This document shows, in pieces, positions 17,533 to 25,138 of a stretch of DNA of 42,007 nucleotides. A model generated the notes under the pieces. The model was not told the DNA's origin. It worked only from the letters and a program-made list of their open reading frames with translations, and did no database searches. Every line of letters begins with the position of its first letter. The stretch's first letter is position 1. The translations under genes were made by a program, and so were the position numbers. Origin of the DNA: Patescibacteria group bacterium (GTDB taxonomy: Bacteria; Patescibacteriota; Doudnabacteria; UBA920); contig DATAMW010000043.1 in NCBI GenBank assembly GCA_036266555.1, forward strand, positions 1 through 42,007, given 5' to 3'.

Positions 17533-17546
17533 ATGAAAATTATAAG

Positions 17547-17858
17547 TTAGTTTCTAAAACCCAAAGCAGCTGCAAATAAAATTACAGTAACTAATGCTAA
17601 CCAACCAAGAGTGTAGAGAAACATTTGCACAGCTTCTTTCTTTTGGCCGTCCATGTACATCAAGATTGGCTTGCCTAATACTAGACCACCAGTGATAGAT
17701 GCAGACATCACGAACAGTAATAGAAAAGCGATTGGGGCAACCATGCTGTTTGGTTCGCCAAAAATTCGCTCGCCATTTTGCAGGAGCGTAGCAATGATTG
17801 CAACGTATGCAGCAGTGCCTAAGGCATTCAAAAGGCTGCGTTGTTTTAATTTATCCAT
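17547..17858 (-). CDS. small integral membrane protein (3 predicted TM helices)
   Basis: 103 aa, strongly hydrophobic, co-directional with the gene at 17194-17532 and 14 nt from it. Confidence 0.6.
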   Translation of the reverse strand: MDKLKQRSLLNALGTAAYVAIIATLLQNGERIFGEPNSMVAPIAFLLLFVMSASITGGLVLGKPILMYMDGQKKEAVQMFLYTLGWLALVTVILFAAALGFRN

Positions 17859-17899
17859 AGATCTATTATACTACAGAAAACCATGCAGGAGGTAATAGT

Positions 17900-18535
17900 A
17901 TGCGTACACAGATTCGTTTTGGTTTAATGGTTATTTTGTTGGCGTGCTCACCTGCGTTTTCGCAGGAATATCAAAAAGGATTGAGCGCGCGTTATGTTGT
18001 TGTGCCAGCAAAATATGCATTGCTGATCAAACAACATTTGTTGCTGATTCACAAGAACGGTTGGGGAGAGACTGTGCCTGGGGATTTGTATCATGCTCAT
18101 TTGGTTATGAGCGCAAACAATTCTTCTTCTGATTTAATTTCAGTTGAGCAGTTGTTCAAGCAGTCTGCGGCGATTTTTTATCATAGTGATGAAATGCTTG
18201 ACCGTTGGGCAGGACAAGATGATAAGTTGCCGCTCAGTCAACGTCGGCCACGATCTTTACTTGGTTACTGGTCTGGATCAATTTTGCCAGCAGCAACTTT
18301 ATTTAAAAATCCAGAAAAAACTAGTCACTATATTTATAGCGGCACTATTCACACAGATGAGTTAGCTCATGAGCGGCCGAATGAATTTGCCCCTCGGCGA
18401 GACTACGCAGTGTTGGCTGCAGATGGTCAACCGTGTAACGTGAACTTAATAATTGATATCTATTACAGTTCGCAGCGCCCAGCAACCATTGAGCTTGGCG
18501 GCAGGGAGTACACGCTGTCTATGGATTGCACTTAG
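17900..18535 (+). CDS. secreted hypothetical protein
   Basis: AGGAGG SD 7 nt upstream, a signal-peptide-like N-terminus MRTQIRFGLMVILLACSPAFSQ, and a terminator downstream. Confidence 0.7.
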   Translation: MRTQIRFGLMVILLACSPAFSQEYQKGLSARYVVVPAKYALLIKQHLLLIHKNGWGETVPGDLYHAHLVMSANNSSSDLISVEQLFKQSAAIFYHSDEMLDRWAGQDDKLPLSQRRPRSLLGYWSGSILPAATLFKNPEKTSHYIYSGTIHTDELAHERPNEFAPRRDYAVLAADGQPCNVNLIIDIYYSSQRPATIELGGREYTLSMDCT

Positions 18536-18554
18536 AGTTCGTAACCACAGACGG

Positions 18555-18590
18555 TTCAGTAGAATTATTACTGAATCGTCTTTTTTTTTC
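18555..18590 (+). terminator. intrinsic terminator
   Basis: TTCAGTA (18555-18561) / TACTGAA (18569-18575), followed by T9. Confidence 0.8.
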
Positions 18591-18591
18591 A

Positions 18592-18625
18592 AACAAAAAA
18601 CACTAGCTCGCGCTAATGTTTTTTG
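18592..18625. terminator. bidirectional hairpin terminator adjoining the tRNA-His 3' end
   Basis: AACACTAGC-tcgc-GCTAATGTT (8 of 9 bp), with an A run upstream and a T run downstream. Confidence 0.6.
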
Positions 18626-18700
18626 TGGGGTGATCGACGGGAATCGGACCCGCGTATCTGCTGCCACAGAGCAGTGTTCTACCATTGAACTACGACCACC
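18626..18700 (-). tRNA. tRNA-His (anticodon GTG) with encoded G-1 and CCA
   Basis: The reverse complement folds as G(-1)-GTGGTCG-TA-GTTC-AATGGTA-GAAC-A-CTGCT-CTGTGGC-AGCAG-ATAC-GCGGG-TCCGATT-CCCGT-CGATCAC-C-CCA. Confidence 0.9.
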
Positions 18701-18788
18701 ATAAATTTAATTGTGCTAAAGAAAAAACCTACACAGAATGTAGGAATGCAAAGCCCGCTGTGTCAGGCCGGATCAATAATATAACTAA

Positions 18789-19442
18789 CTAATCCGTTAC
18801 TATTATACTCATTATCATCTCTGGAGTCAATTCTGCCAAAGTACCCACAACCTTATCAGCTTCTGATAGATTTTGTTCGCCAGTGTTATGTACACCGATT
18901 ACTTTCATGCCAGCTGCTTTTGCGGCTGCTACGCCAGCCTCGGCATCTTCTACAACAATGCATTCATTAGGAGATAGACCCAATTTGTTTGCGCCGAGCA
19001 AATATCCTTCAGGGCTTGGTTTGCTGTGAGTGATATCTTCTGCGCTCACTATTTCCTCAAACAATTCTTTAGTGCCTATTTGAGTTAAAATAATCTCAAT
19101 TTGATCACGAGTGCTGCCAGAAATTAACGCTAACCTCAAACCTTTAGATTTTAATTCCAAAGGCAAAGATTTTGCGCCATCAAAAATAACTAAATTTGTT
19201 CTAATTTGCTCTTCGTAAATTTCTGTAAACTTATTTAAAGCTAATTCAGGGGTGGTGTCTGTGGATTGGTCTTCCAGTAATTCCGTAAAAAACTTTTTAG
19301 CAGTCACACCAACCATATCTTTTTCTTTGCCTGGCAACAAGGGGATTTGCAGCTGTTCGCAAACTTTTAAAACCACTTCCATGGCTAAAGTCTCAGAGTC
19401 TACAAATAACCCATCCATATCAAATAACACAGCTTTTATCAT
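18789..19442 (-). CDS. HAD-superfamily hydrolase (beta-phosphoglucomutase/phosphatase-like)
   Basis: The N-terminal motif I is VLFDMDGLFVDSE, with downstream S/T, K and DD motifs. Length 217 aa. Confidence 0.88.
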   Translation of the reverse strand: MIKAVLFDMDGLFVDSETLAMEVVLKVCEQLQIPLLPGKEKDMVGVTAKKFFTELLEDQSTDTTPELALNKFTEIYEEQIRTNLVIFDGAKSLPLELKSKGLRLALISGSTRDQIEIILTQIGTKELFEEIVSAEDITHSKPSPEGYLLGANKLGLSPNECIVVEDAEAGVAAAKAAGMKVIGVHNTGEQNLSEADKVVGTLAELTPEMIMSIIVTD

Positions 19443-19448
19443 ACATTA

Positions 19449-19477
19449 AGTATGCCCAAGCATAGACGAACAGTCAA
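19449..19477 (-). promoter_or_regulatory. sigma70-type promoter placing the TSS at or near the HAD start codon (leaderless)
   Basis: On the minus strand: TTGACT (19477-19472), a 17-nt spacer, CATACT (19454-19449), then 6 nt to the ATG (19442). Confidence 0.55.
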
Positions 19478-19485
19478 TTGATCAA

Positions 19486-20280
19486 TTATTTATGTAACAA
19501 AAAATTGGACTCTACTTTTAAATCAACGTCTGCACTAGAGCTTCTCGAGCTGCCAGTACGGGCGCCTTTCACTGCTCCAGATTCATTTTGGCTTTGGTCA
19601 TCGTCTGAGTGTGTGCGAATTTTTAGATCTTGTTGAAATTGATTGATCCGGTTTTCAATACTTCGCGCTTTGTCTTGGCTGCCTTTTTGCTGCCAATTCT
19701 TCTGAGTTTGATTCAAAAACTTTAACGCATCTTTAGTGTTTTGGCGAACGTTCCCATGGCGGCCAAAACCAGGCTGATCGGACTTTTGTTCGTCTCCCTG
19801 GGCATCATTTTGTTTACCTTCATCGTTATCCGTTCGCAAGTCAGTTTGCAAATTAGTGTTAGAAGCACTTAATTTTTCTGCTTCCTCTAGACGCTTTTGT
19901 GCAAAATTAACTTGCAGTTCCAGCTTGGCTTCTTCAGTTGGTGCAATTAACAAGCGCGCGTTTTCCACTTGGCGTTTAACCGGATACAACGCATCACCAG
20001 GTAATGAGTTTGCGGAAGCCACCGTGGTCCCAGCTATAAGCAAAACAAAAACCAGCGGCGCTACTATGTAGCCTCGCAAAATTATTTTGGTCCACGAAAA
20101 TCCGGGTTTAACTGCTAGCTCATCAGCTACTTGTGCACCAAGCTTAGAAAAAATATTATCCTTCACTCGTTGCTTGGCATCTTCAGAAAGAATGAGGCTG
20201 CTTTGCACTTCGCTTTGGTCAGCGTTAGGCGCAGGATTGTTTTTATAAAATTGTTTGAGTTCGTCTTTCATTGCTTTCAA
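19486..20280 (-). CDS. membrane anti-sigma-like protein with DUF5667-type extracytoplasmic domain
   Basis: It starts immediately after the ECF sigma stop. It has one TM helix and the helical segment LPGDALYPVKRQVENARLL...NFAQKRLEEAEKL, typical of DUF5667. The C-terminal tail is low-complexity. Confidence 0.7.
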   Translation of the reverse strand: MKAMKDELKQFYKNNPAPNADQSEVQSSLILSEDAKQRVKDNIFSKLGAQVADELAVKPGFSWTKIILRGYIVAPLVFVLLIAGTTVASANSLPGDALYPVKRQVENARLLIAPTEEAKLELQVNFAQKRLEEAEKLSASNTNLQTDLRTDNDEGKQNDAQGDEQKSDQPGFGRHGNVRQNTKDALKFLNQTQKNWQQKGSQDKARSIENRINQFQQDLKIRTHSDDDQSQNESGAVKGARTGSSRSSSADVDLKVESNFLLHK

Positions 20281-20841
20281 TTATAATTTCTTTGGATGTT
20301 GTTGCTTAAATAGTTTTTCCAATTCCTTTGTAGCGCGATGCTGCCAGACGCGCACAGTAATACTGTTGCGCTCCAAAATACGCGCTGTATCAGCTATAGA
20401 AAAATCTTGGAAAAATCGCAACTCAATTACTTCCTTAAAATGGGCTGGTAATTTTTCCATGGCCTGTTTGATATCCTGCTTCTCAAGTCTTCTGCTCGCA
20501 TCAGCGGCAGTGTCATCAAGGCCAGGAATTTCTTTGGCTTCCTCAATGGGAACTGTTTGTGGCTCCCGATAGGTTTTTCGATAAAAATCATTGATCGTGT
20601 TCGCCGTGACTTTATAGAGCCAGGCAGAAAAATTAAGATCTTTAATCTCGAGTTTGCGGCAACCTGTCCAAGCTTTCAGAAAAACATCTTGTAAAATGTC
20701 TTCTGCTTTTTCAGAATCTGCCACTTTGATTCGAATGAACGCATACAGACGCTGCGCAAATTCATCGTAAAGGGCTGCAAATGCAGCTTGATCCCCAGTT
20801 TGAGCTTGCTTCACAAGGGCATTGATTTGGCCTGTATCCAT
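20281..20841 (-). CDS. ECF-type RNA polymerase sigma-70 family factor
   Basis: Region 2 (DILQDVFLKAW) and region 4 (LPAHFKEVIELRFFQDFSIADTARILERNSITVRVWQHRA) are recognisable. The start is set at ATG 20841 (MDTGQ...); the track uses TTG at 20856, which is also possible. Confidence 0.9.
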   Translation of the reverse strand: MDTGQINALVKQAQTGDQAAFAALYDEFAQRLYAFIRIKVADSEKAEDILQDVFLKAWTGCRKLEIKDLNFSAWLYKVTANTINDFYRKTYREPQTVPIEEAKEIPGLDDTAADASRRLEKQDIKQAMEKLPAHFKEVIELRFFQDFSIADTARILERNSITVRVWQHRATKELEKLFKQQHPKKL

Positions 20842-20863
20842 GCTTATTCTGGTCAATTAGTTA

Positions 20864-20890
20864 ATCGATTAATAGAGGAAAAATGTTTCA
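20864..20890 (-). promoter_or_regulatory. ECF-type promoter (TGAAAC-N17-CGAT) upstream of the sigma/anti-sigma operon
   Basis: The minus strand reads TGAAACATTT (20890-20881), 17 nt after GAAAC, then CGAT (20867-20864). Confidence 0.55.
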
Positions 20891-20976
20891 TCTAGGCTTA
20901 TTTATATTTTAACATTTCTTTATTTTTTATTTAACAAAAATTCATAAAATCCACTGTAATTAAGAGCAGTTTTAAT

Positions 20977-21003
20977 TGAAACATTTACATCATTTTACTC
21001 GAT
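20977..21003 (+). promoter_or_regulatory. ECF-type promoter (TGAAAC-N17-CGAT) upstream of the DUF5666 gene
   Basis: The plus strand reads TGAAACATTT (20977-20986), 17 nt after GAAAC, then CGAT (21000-21003). The 10-mer is the same as in the divergent copy. Confidence 0.55.
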
Positions 21004-21055
21004 ATATAAGCATGAGGGAATAGGCGGAGGTTTGCAATTAAGTGAAAGGATAATT

Positions 21056-21760
21056 ATGTTAAGAAATACTTTATCAAAATTTGCAGCAGTGTTAGCACTG
21101 TTTGCAATCATGACTCCAAGTTTAGCATTGGCACACGATACTGAAAATGATAATCAAAATACCGACAATCAAAGCCGGTTCGAGCAAATTAAAGATAGTT
21201 TCCGCGCTCAGGCTACTAATGAATTTGGTGTTCATGTTTTAGGGCCAAAAGATGAAAAAAATAAACACCAAGATCGTCGCGACTTCTTTGTTTCAAACTT
21301 TTTCTACAACGGGGAAGTAACAGCAATTTCTGCAACTGGATTTACAGTAAAAACTAATAGTGATGTTAGCTTCAATGTAAATACTGAATCAGCAAAAATT
21401 ATTCGCATCCCTCGTTCTGTAATTGATTTAAGCGATGTAGTAGTGGGGGATACTGTCCATGTGACTGGGACAAAAGTCAGCGGTACTATTACTGCTAGCG
21501 TGGTATATGTAATGTCACAAAATTTAAAACCAGCGATTACCAAAGGCACAGTAACTGCTGTAACCGATAGCTCCATTACAGTTCAAACCAAAGATAATAA
21601 AACTGTAACAGTAAATACTGACGGTGATACTCAAGTGATTGCTCAAGATGGTCAACCAGCAACACTGGCTGACATTGATGCCGGATCTAAAGTAAAAATG
21701 TTTGGATTGTGGGATACTGTTCTGCACGTATTTAACGCTATTAAAATTAAACTCTTTTAA
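21056..21760 (+). CDS. secreted DUF5666-repeat protein
   Basis: The start is set at ATG 21056 (MLRNTLSKFAAVLALFAIMTPSLALA signal peptide, GAAAGG SD). The protein has repeated GxVTA(I/V)...(F/I)TV(K/Q)T... beta-strand modules typical of DUF5666. Confidence 0.75.
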   Translation: MLRNTLSKFAAVLALFAIMTPSLALAHDTENDNQNTDNQSRFEQIKDSFRAQATNEFGVHVLGPKDEKNKHQDRRDFFVSNFFYNGEVTAISATGFTVKTNSDVSFNVNTESAKIIRIPRSVIDLSDVVVGDTVHVTGTKVSGTITASVVYVMSQNLKPAITKGTVTAVTDSSITVQTKDNKTVTVNTDGDTQVIAQDGQPATLADIDAGSKVKMFGLWDTVLHVFNAIKIKLF

Positions 21761-21779
21761 AGTTTAATTTAGATATGAT

Positions 21780-21806
21780 AAAGCCCCGAGCTAGAGTCGG
21801 GGCTTT
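21780..21806. terminator. bidirectional intrinsic terminator
   Basis: AAAGCCCCGA / TCGGGGCTTT form a 10-bp stem between convergent genes. Confidence 0.8.
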
Positions 21807-21815
21807 ATCAGAAAT

Positions 21816-23507
21816 TTATTCGTCTTCAGGATTAACTTTGCGGGTAATGTAGAAGCCGCTAGCATTTGGAGAAATTTTCTTCAAAGATGCTGGGGCAGGT
21901 TTACGACCGCGTTCATAATCAGACCAGCGTTTACGGCCTTTCGAGGCAGCGCCTGGACGGCCAGCACTGGAACCAGCAGCACGTGGAGTGTACTTGCTTG
22001 GTGGACGTGAGCTAGAGCTAGTAGTGCCGCCAGCAGCGCGTGGCACGTATCCACTAGCTTTGTAGCTAGGTTTGTAACCACCAGATGTTGGGGTTGCAGC
22101 GGAACTTGTGCGAGGGACGTAGCCAGAGCTTGGACGTGGTTTGTAACCAGTGGAAGGTTTAAAGCCAGAAGATGACGCGCGACCAGTGTTTGAACGATTG
22201 CCAGTTCTTGACTCGGGAATTCGGCTGTTCGTTCGACCACTGCTCACGCGGCCGCCTGGACGGCTATTGGTTGAGCGCCCACTGCTTTCTCTGCGGCCGC
22301 GTCCACGTTCTTCGCGTTCTGGTTCAGCTGTCCGCGCAATGTGCGGTAAGCTTTCCGGAAGTTTAGCAACAGGAAGTTGTTTTTGAATTAAGCGTTCAAT
22401 CATGTTCACATCACGGCGTTGGTCGTGGGTTGCAAACGAAATTGCATGCCCAGTCATAGACGCGCGGCCAGTACGGCCAATACGGTGAACATAGTCTTCG
22501 GCTTGGTCAGGTAAATCATAGTTGATTACCAACTGGATACCAGTGACATCAATACCGCGAGCAGCAATATCTGTAGCAACTAGTACTCTATAATTACCAA
22601 GCTTAAAACCTTTTAACGCTTCTAAGCGCTGGTTTAAAGATCGGTTAGAGTGAATTTCTGTTGCTGTGACATTCATCGCACGAACATCGCGCGCAATTTT
22701 CTTGGCACCATATTTGGTACGAGAGAAAATCAAAATGCTGCCAGTGTATTGTTTAACAATAGTGCTCAGCAATGGTAATTTTTGACCGCGTTCCAAGAAA
22801 TAAATTTCTTGGGTCACCGAACTAACTGCGCTGCCAGCTGGAGCTACTTCAATTCGCAACGGAGTACGCATGTAAGTGTTCGCAATTTTAACAATTGCAG
22901 CAGGCATAGTCGCAGAGAACAAAAGTGTCTGACGACCTTTTGGAACTTTTTCCAAAATTTTGTTGATCTGTGGCGCAAAGCCCATATCTAACATTCGGTC
23001 AGCTTCATCTAAAACTAAAACTTCTGTTTTAGAAAGATCCACGGTCTTATGATCTAAGTGATCAATTAAACGACCAGGGGTAGCAATAATAATATGCGGA
23101 CTGCGTTTAAGTGCAGTATGCTGACGGCCGATCGCTTCGCCGCCAATTAAGATTGCAGTTTTTAATCCAATTGGAGTTCCAATTTTCTTAAGAGTTTCGT
23201 TTACCTGTAACGCGAGTTCGCGGGTCGGTAATACAACGAGTCCAGTGCCTTTGCCGCCACTTTGGGCAAGACGTTGGATCATTGGGATACCAAACGCAAG
23301 AGTTTTTCCAGTTCCGGTTTGGGCAATGCCCATCAAGTCTGTTCCAGTTAGAGCAGCAGGGATAGATTTTTCTTGGATTGGTGTTGGCGTAACAAATTTG
23401 TGCTGTGAAAGTATTTCAAGTAATTTCGGAGCGATACCTAGATTCTCGAATCTTGCACCAGAAGTAGTCGCACTTGGCGCTTCTTCATTAGATTCTTGTA
23501 ATTTCAT
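21816..23507 (-). CDS. DEAD-box ATP-dependent RNA helicase with a ~170-aa R/S/G/P-rich C-terminal tail
   Basis: Q-motif, AQTGTGKT, DEAD (VLDEADRMLDMGF), SAT and HRIGRTGRA. The tail (about 21816-22330) is low complexity with recurring SGYVPR/GYKP units. Confidence 0.95.
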   Translation of the reverse strand: MKLQESNEEAPSATTSGARFENLGIAPKLLEILSQHKFVTPTPIQEKSIPAALTGTDLMGIAQTGTGKTLAFGIPMIQRLAQSGGKGTGLVVLPTRELALQVNETLKKIGTPIGLKTAILIGGEAIGRQHTALKRSPHIIIATPGRLIDHLDHKTVDLSKTEVLVLDEADRMLDMGFAPQINKILEKVPKGRQTLLFSATMPAAIVKIANTYMRTPLRIEVAPAGSAVSSVTQEIYFLERGQKLPLLSTIVKQYTGSILIFSRTKYGAKKIARDVRAMNVTATEIHSNRSLNQRLEALKGFKLGNYRVLVATDIAARGIDVTGIQLVINYDLPDQAEDYVHRIGRTGRASMTGHAISFATHDQRRDVNMIERLIQKQLPVAKLPESLPHIARTAEPEREERGRGRRESSGRSTNSRPGGRVSSGRTNSRIPESRTGNRSNTGRASSSGFKPSTGYKPRPSSGYVPRTSSAATPTSGGYKPSYKASGYVPRAAGGTTSSSSRPPSKYTPRAAGSSAGRPGAASKGRKRWSDYERGRKPAPASLKKISPNASGFYITRKVNPEDE

Positions 23508-23599
23508 TTTTTTATTTTAACACAAAATTATTAATTTGGCAAGTGGTTCAGTGGTATACTTAAAGTATTGATAAAAACAAACTCAATTAAAACTAAAAT

Positions 23600-25138
23600 A
23601 TGAAAAAAATTCTCTATCTTTTGGCAGCACTCTCAATGGTGTTTTCGCCAATTTACTCAGCAAAACTGGCAAACGCCCAAGTTTCTTCGATTCGCACCAT
23701 TATTTTCCCAGTGGTTGGCAAAGTGACCTACTATGACGATTTTGGTGCGCCGCGCGCGGGTCACACTCACGCCGGAAACGATTTAATGGGCAAAAAAATG
23801 TTGTCCTTAGTGGCTGCCGTAGATGGCACAATTACCAACGTAAATTACCCAGAAGCAACTTGGGGTTATAGTGTATCAATTAAAGATAAAGACGGATACG
23901 AATATTGGTACTTGCATATGAACAATGACACGCCTGGTACAGATGACGGCAGAGGTGATGGCTTTTTCGCGTATGCTCCTGACATTCAGCGGGGCGCTAA
24001 AGTGGCCAAAGGTCAGTTAGTGGGCTGGATGGGTGATAGCGGTGATGCGGAAGGAACGCAAGCGCATTTGCATTTTGAAATTCATGATCCAAGCGGCGCT
24101 GCATATAGCCCGTTCCAAAGTTTGCAGAACGCCACGAAAATTACTGCACCAGTTGGAGTGTATCCAAAACAAGGCACTGAAATTTTACCATACGACACTT
24201 TTGTTGGTGGCACTTCTGTAGCCGCAGCAAACTTAGATTCAGATTCAGCAATTGAATTTGTCACTGGCGCAGGTCCAGGCGGCGGCCCATTAGTGAAAGC
24301 ATTTGAAAAAGATGGCAAACAAATTGCTTCATTCTATGCGTACGACCAAAGTTTTACTGGTGGGGTTGATGTGACCGCGGCTGACGTAGACAACGATGGC
24401 AAGGCGGAAATTATTACTGCACCAGGTCCAGGCGGCGGTCCAGATATTAAAATATTTAAATTAAATGGCACGCTGGTAAAAGAGTTTTTTGCTTACGATA
24501 CAAATTTTCGTGGCGGCGTAAACATTAGCGCAGCAGATATGGATGGTGACGGTAAAGCTGAAATTGTAACTGGTCCAGGCGCTGGCGGTGGCCCGCACGT
24601 AAAAGTATTTAAAGCTGACGGGACTTTGAAAAAAGAACTGATGGCCTATGACCCGAATTTCCACGGCGGTGTAGACGTAGCTGCAATTGGTGTGACTACA
24701 AAAACTACGACAACAAAGTCGACCCCATCTTCTTCGAACGGATTTGTGACAGCACCAGGCAAAGGCGGTGGTCCGCACATCAAAGTGTTCGATGCTAATG
24801 CCGTAGTTAAAAAAGAGTTCTTTGCATTTGATGCAAACTTTAACTTAGGGTTGCGCGTGGCTGTGGGCAATGCTAGTTCAAAAAATACTGGTATGGAAAT
24901 TGGCGTGGCTCCGGCAACAGGCGGCGGCCCCAACGTGCGCCTATTTAGTATTTCGGGAACTCAAGTTTACGACAACTTAATTGGTTTTGAATCGTGGTGG
25001 CGCGGTGGTTATGACTTAGCCTTATCCGAAGGCGGCGGCGTATTGGCCAGCAATGGCGGCCGCAGAGACAGCTTAAGACAGACTACGTTTGGGACTACGA
25101 CCACAACCACTACAAGACGAACGCGCAGCAGCTTTTAA
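23600..25138 (+). CDS. secreted M23 metallopeptidase fused to FG-GAP/VCBS-type beta-propeller repeats
   Basis: Signal peptide, the M23 motifs HTHAGNDL and HLHFE, then about 6 repeats of the type D(x)DGDGKAEI(V/I)TGPG(x)GGGP(H/D)(V/I)K(V/I)F. Confidence 0.88.
   Translation: MKKILYLLAALSMVFSPIYSAKLANAQVSSIRTIIFPVVGKVTYYDDFGAPRAGHTHAGNDLMGKKMLSLVAAVDGTITNVNYPEATWGYSVSIKDKDGYEYWYLHMNNDTPGTDDGRGDGFFAYAPDIQRGAKVAKGQLVGWMGDSGDAEGTQAHLHFEIHDPSGAAYSPFQSLQNATKITAPVGVYPKQGTEILPYDTFVGGTSVAAANLDSDSAIEFVTGAGPGGGPLVKAFEKDGKQIASFYAYDQSFTGGVDVTAADVDNDGKAEIITAPGPGGGPDIKIFKLNGTLVKEFFAYDTNFRGGVNISAADMDGDGKAEIVTGPGAGGGPHVKVFKADGTLKKELMAYDPNFHGGVDVAAIGVTTKTTTTKSTPSSSNGFVTAPGKGGGPHIKVFDANAVVKKEFFAFDANFNLGLRVAVGNASSKNTGMEIGVAPATGGGPNVRLFSISGTQVYDNLIGFESWWRGGYDLALSEGGGVLASNGGRRDSLRQTTFGTTTTTTTRRTRSSF

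Noticed and set aside
21881-22386. ORFs 21881-22240 (minus), 22150-22386 (plus) and 22172-22366 (plus).
   Set aside because: They sit in alternative frames of the GC-rich low-complexity tail of the DEAD-box helicase. Such repeats keep several frames open by chance.
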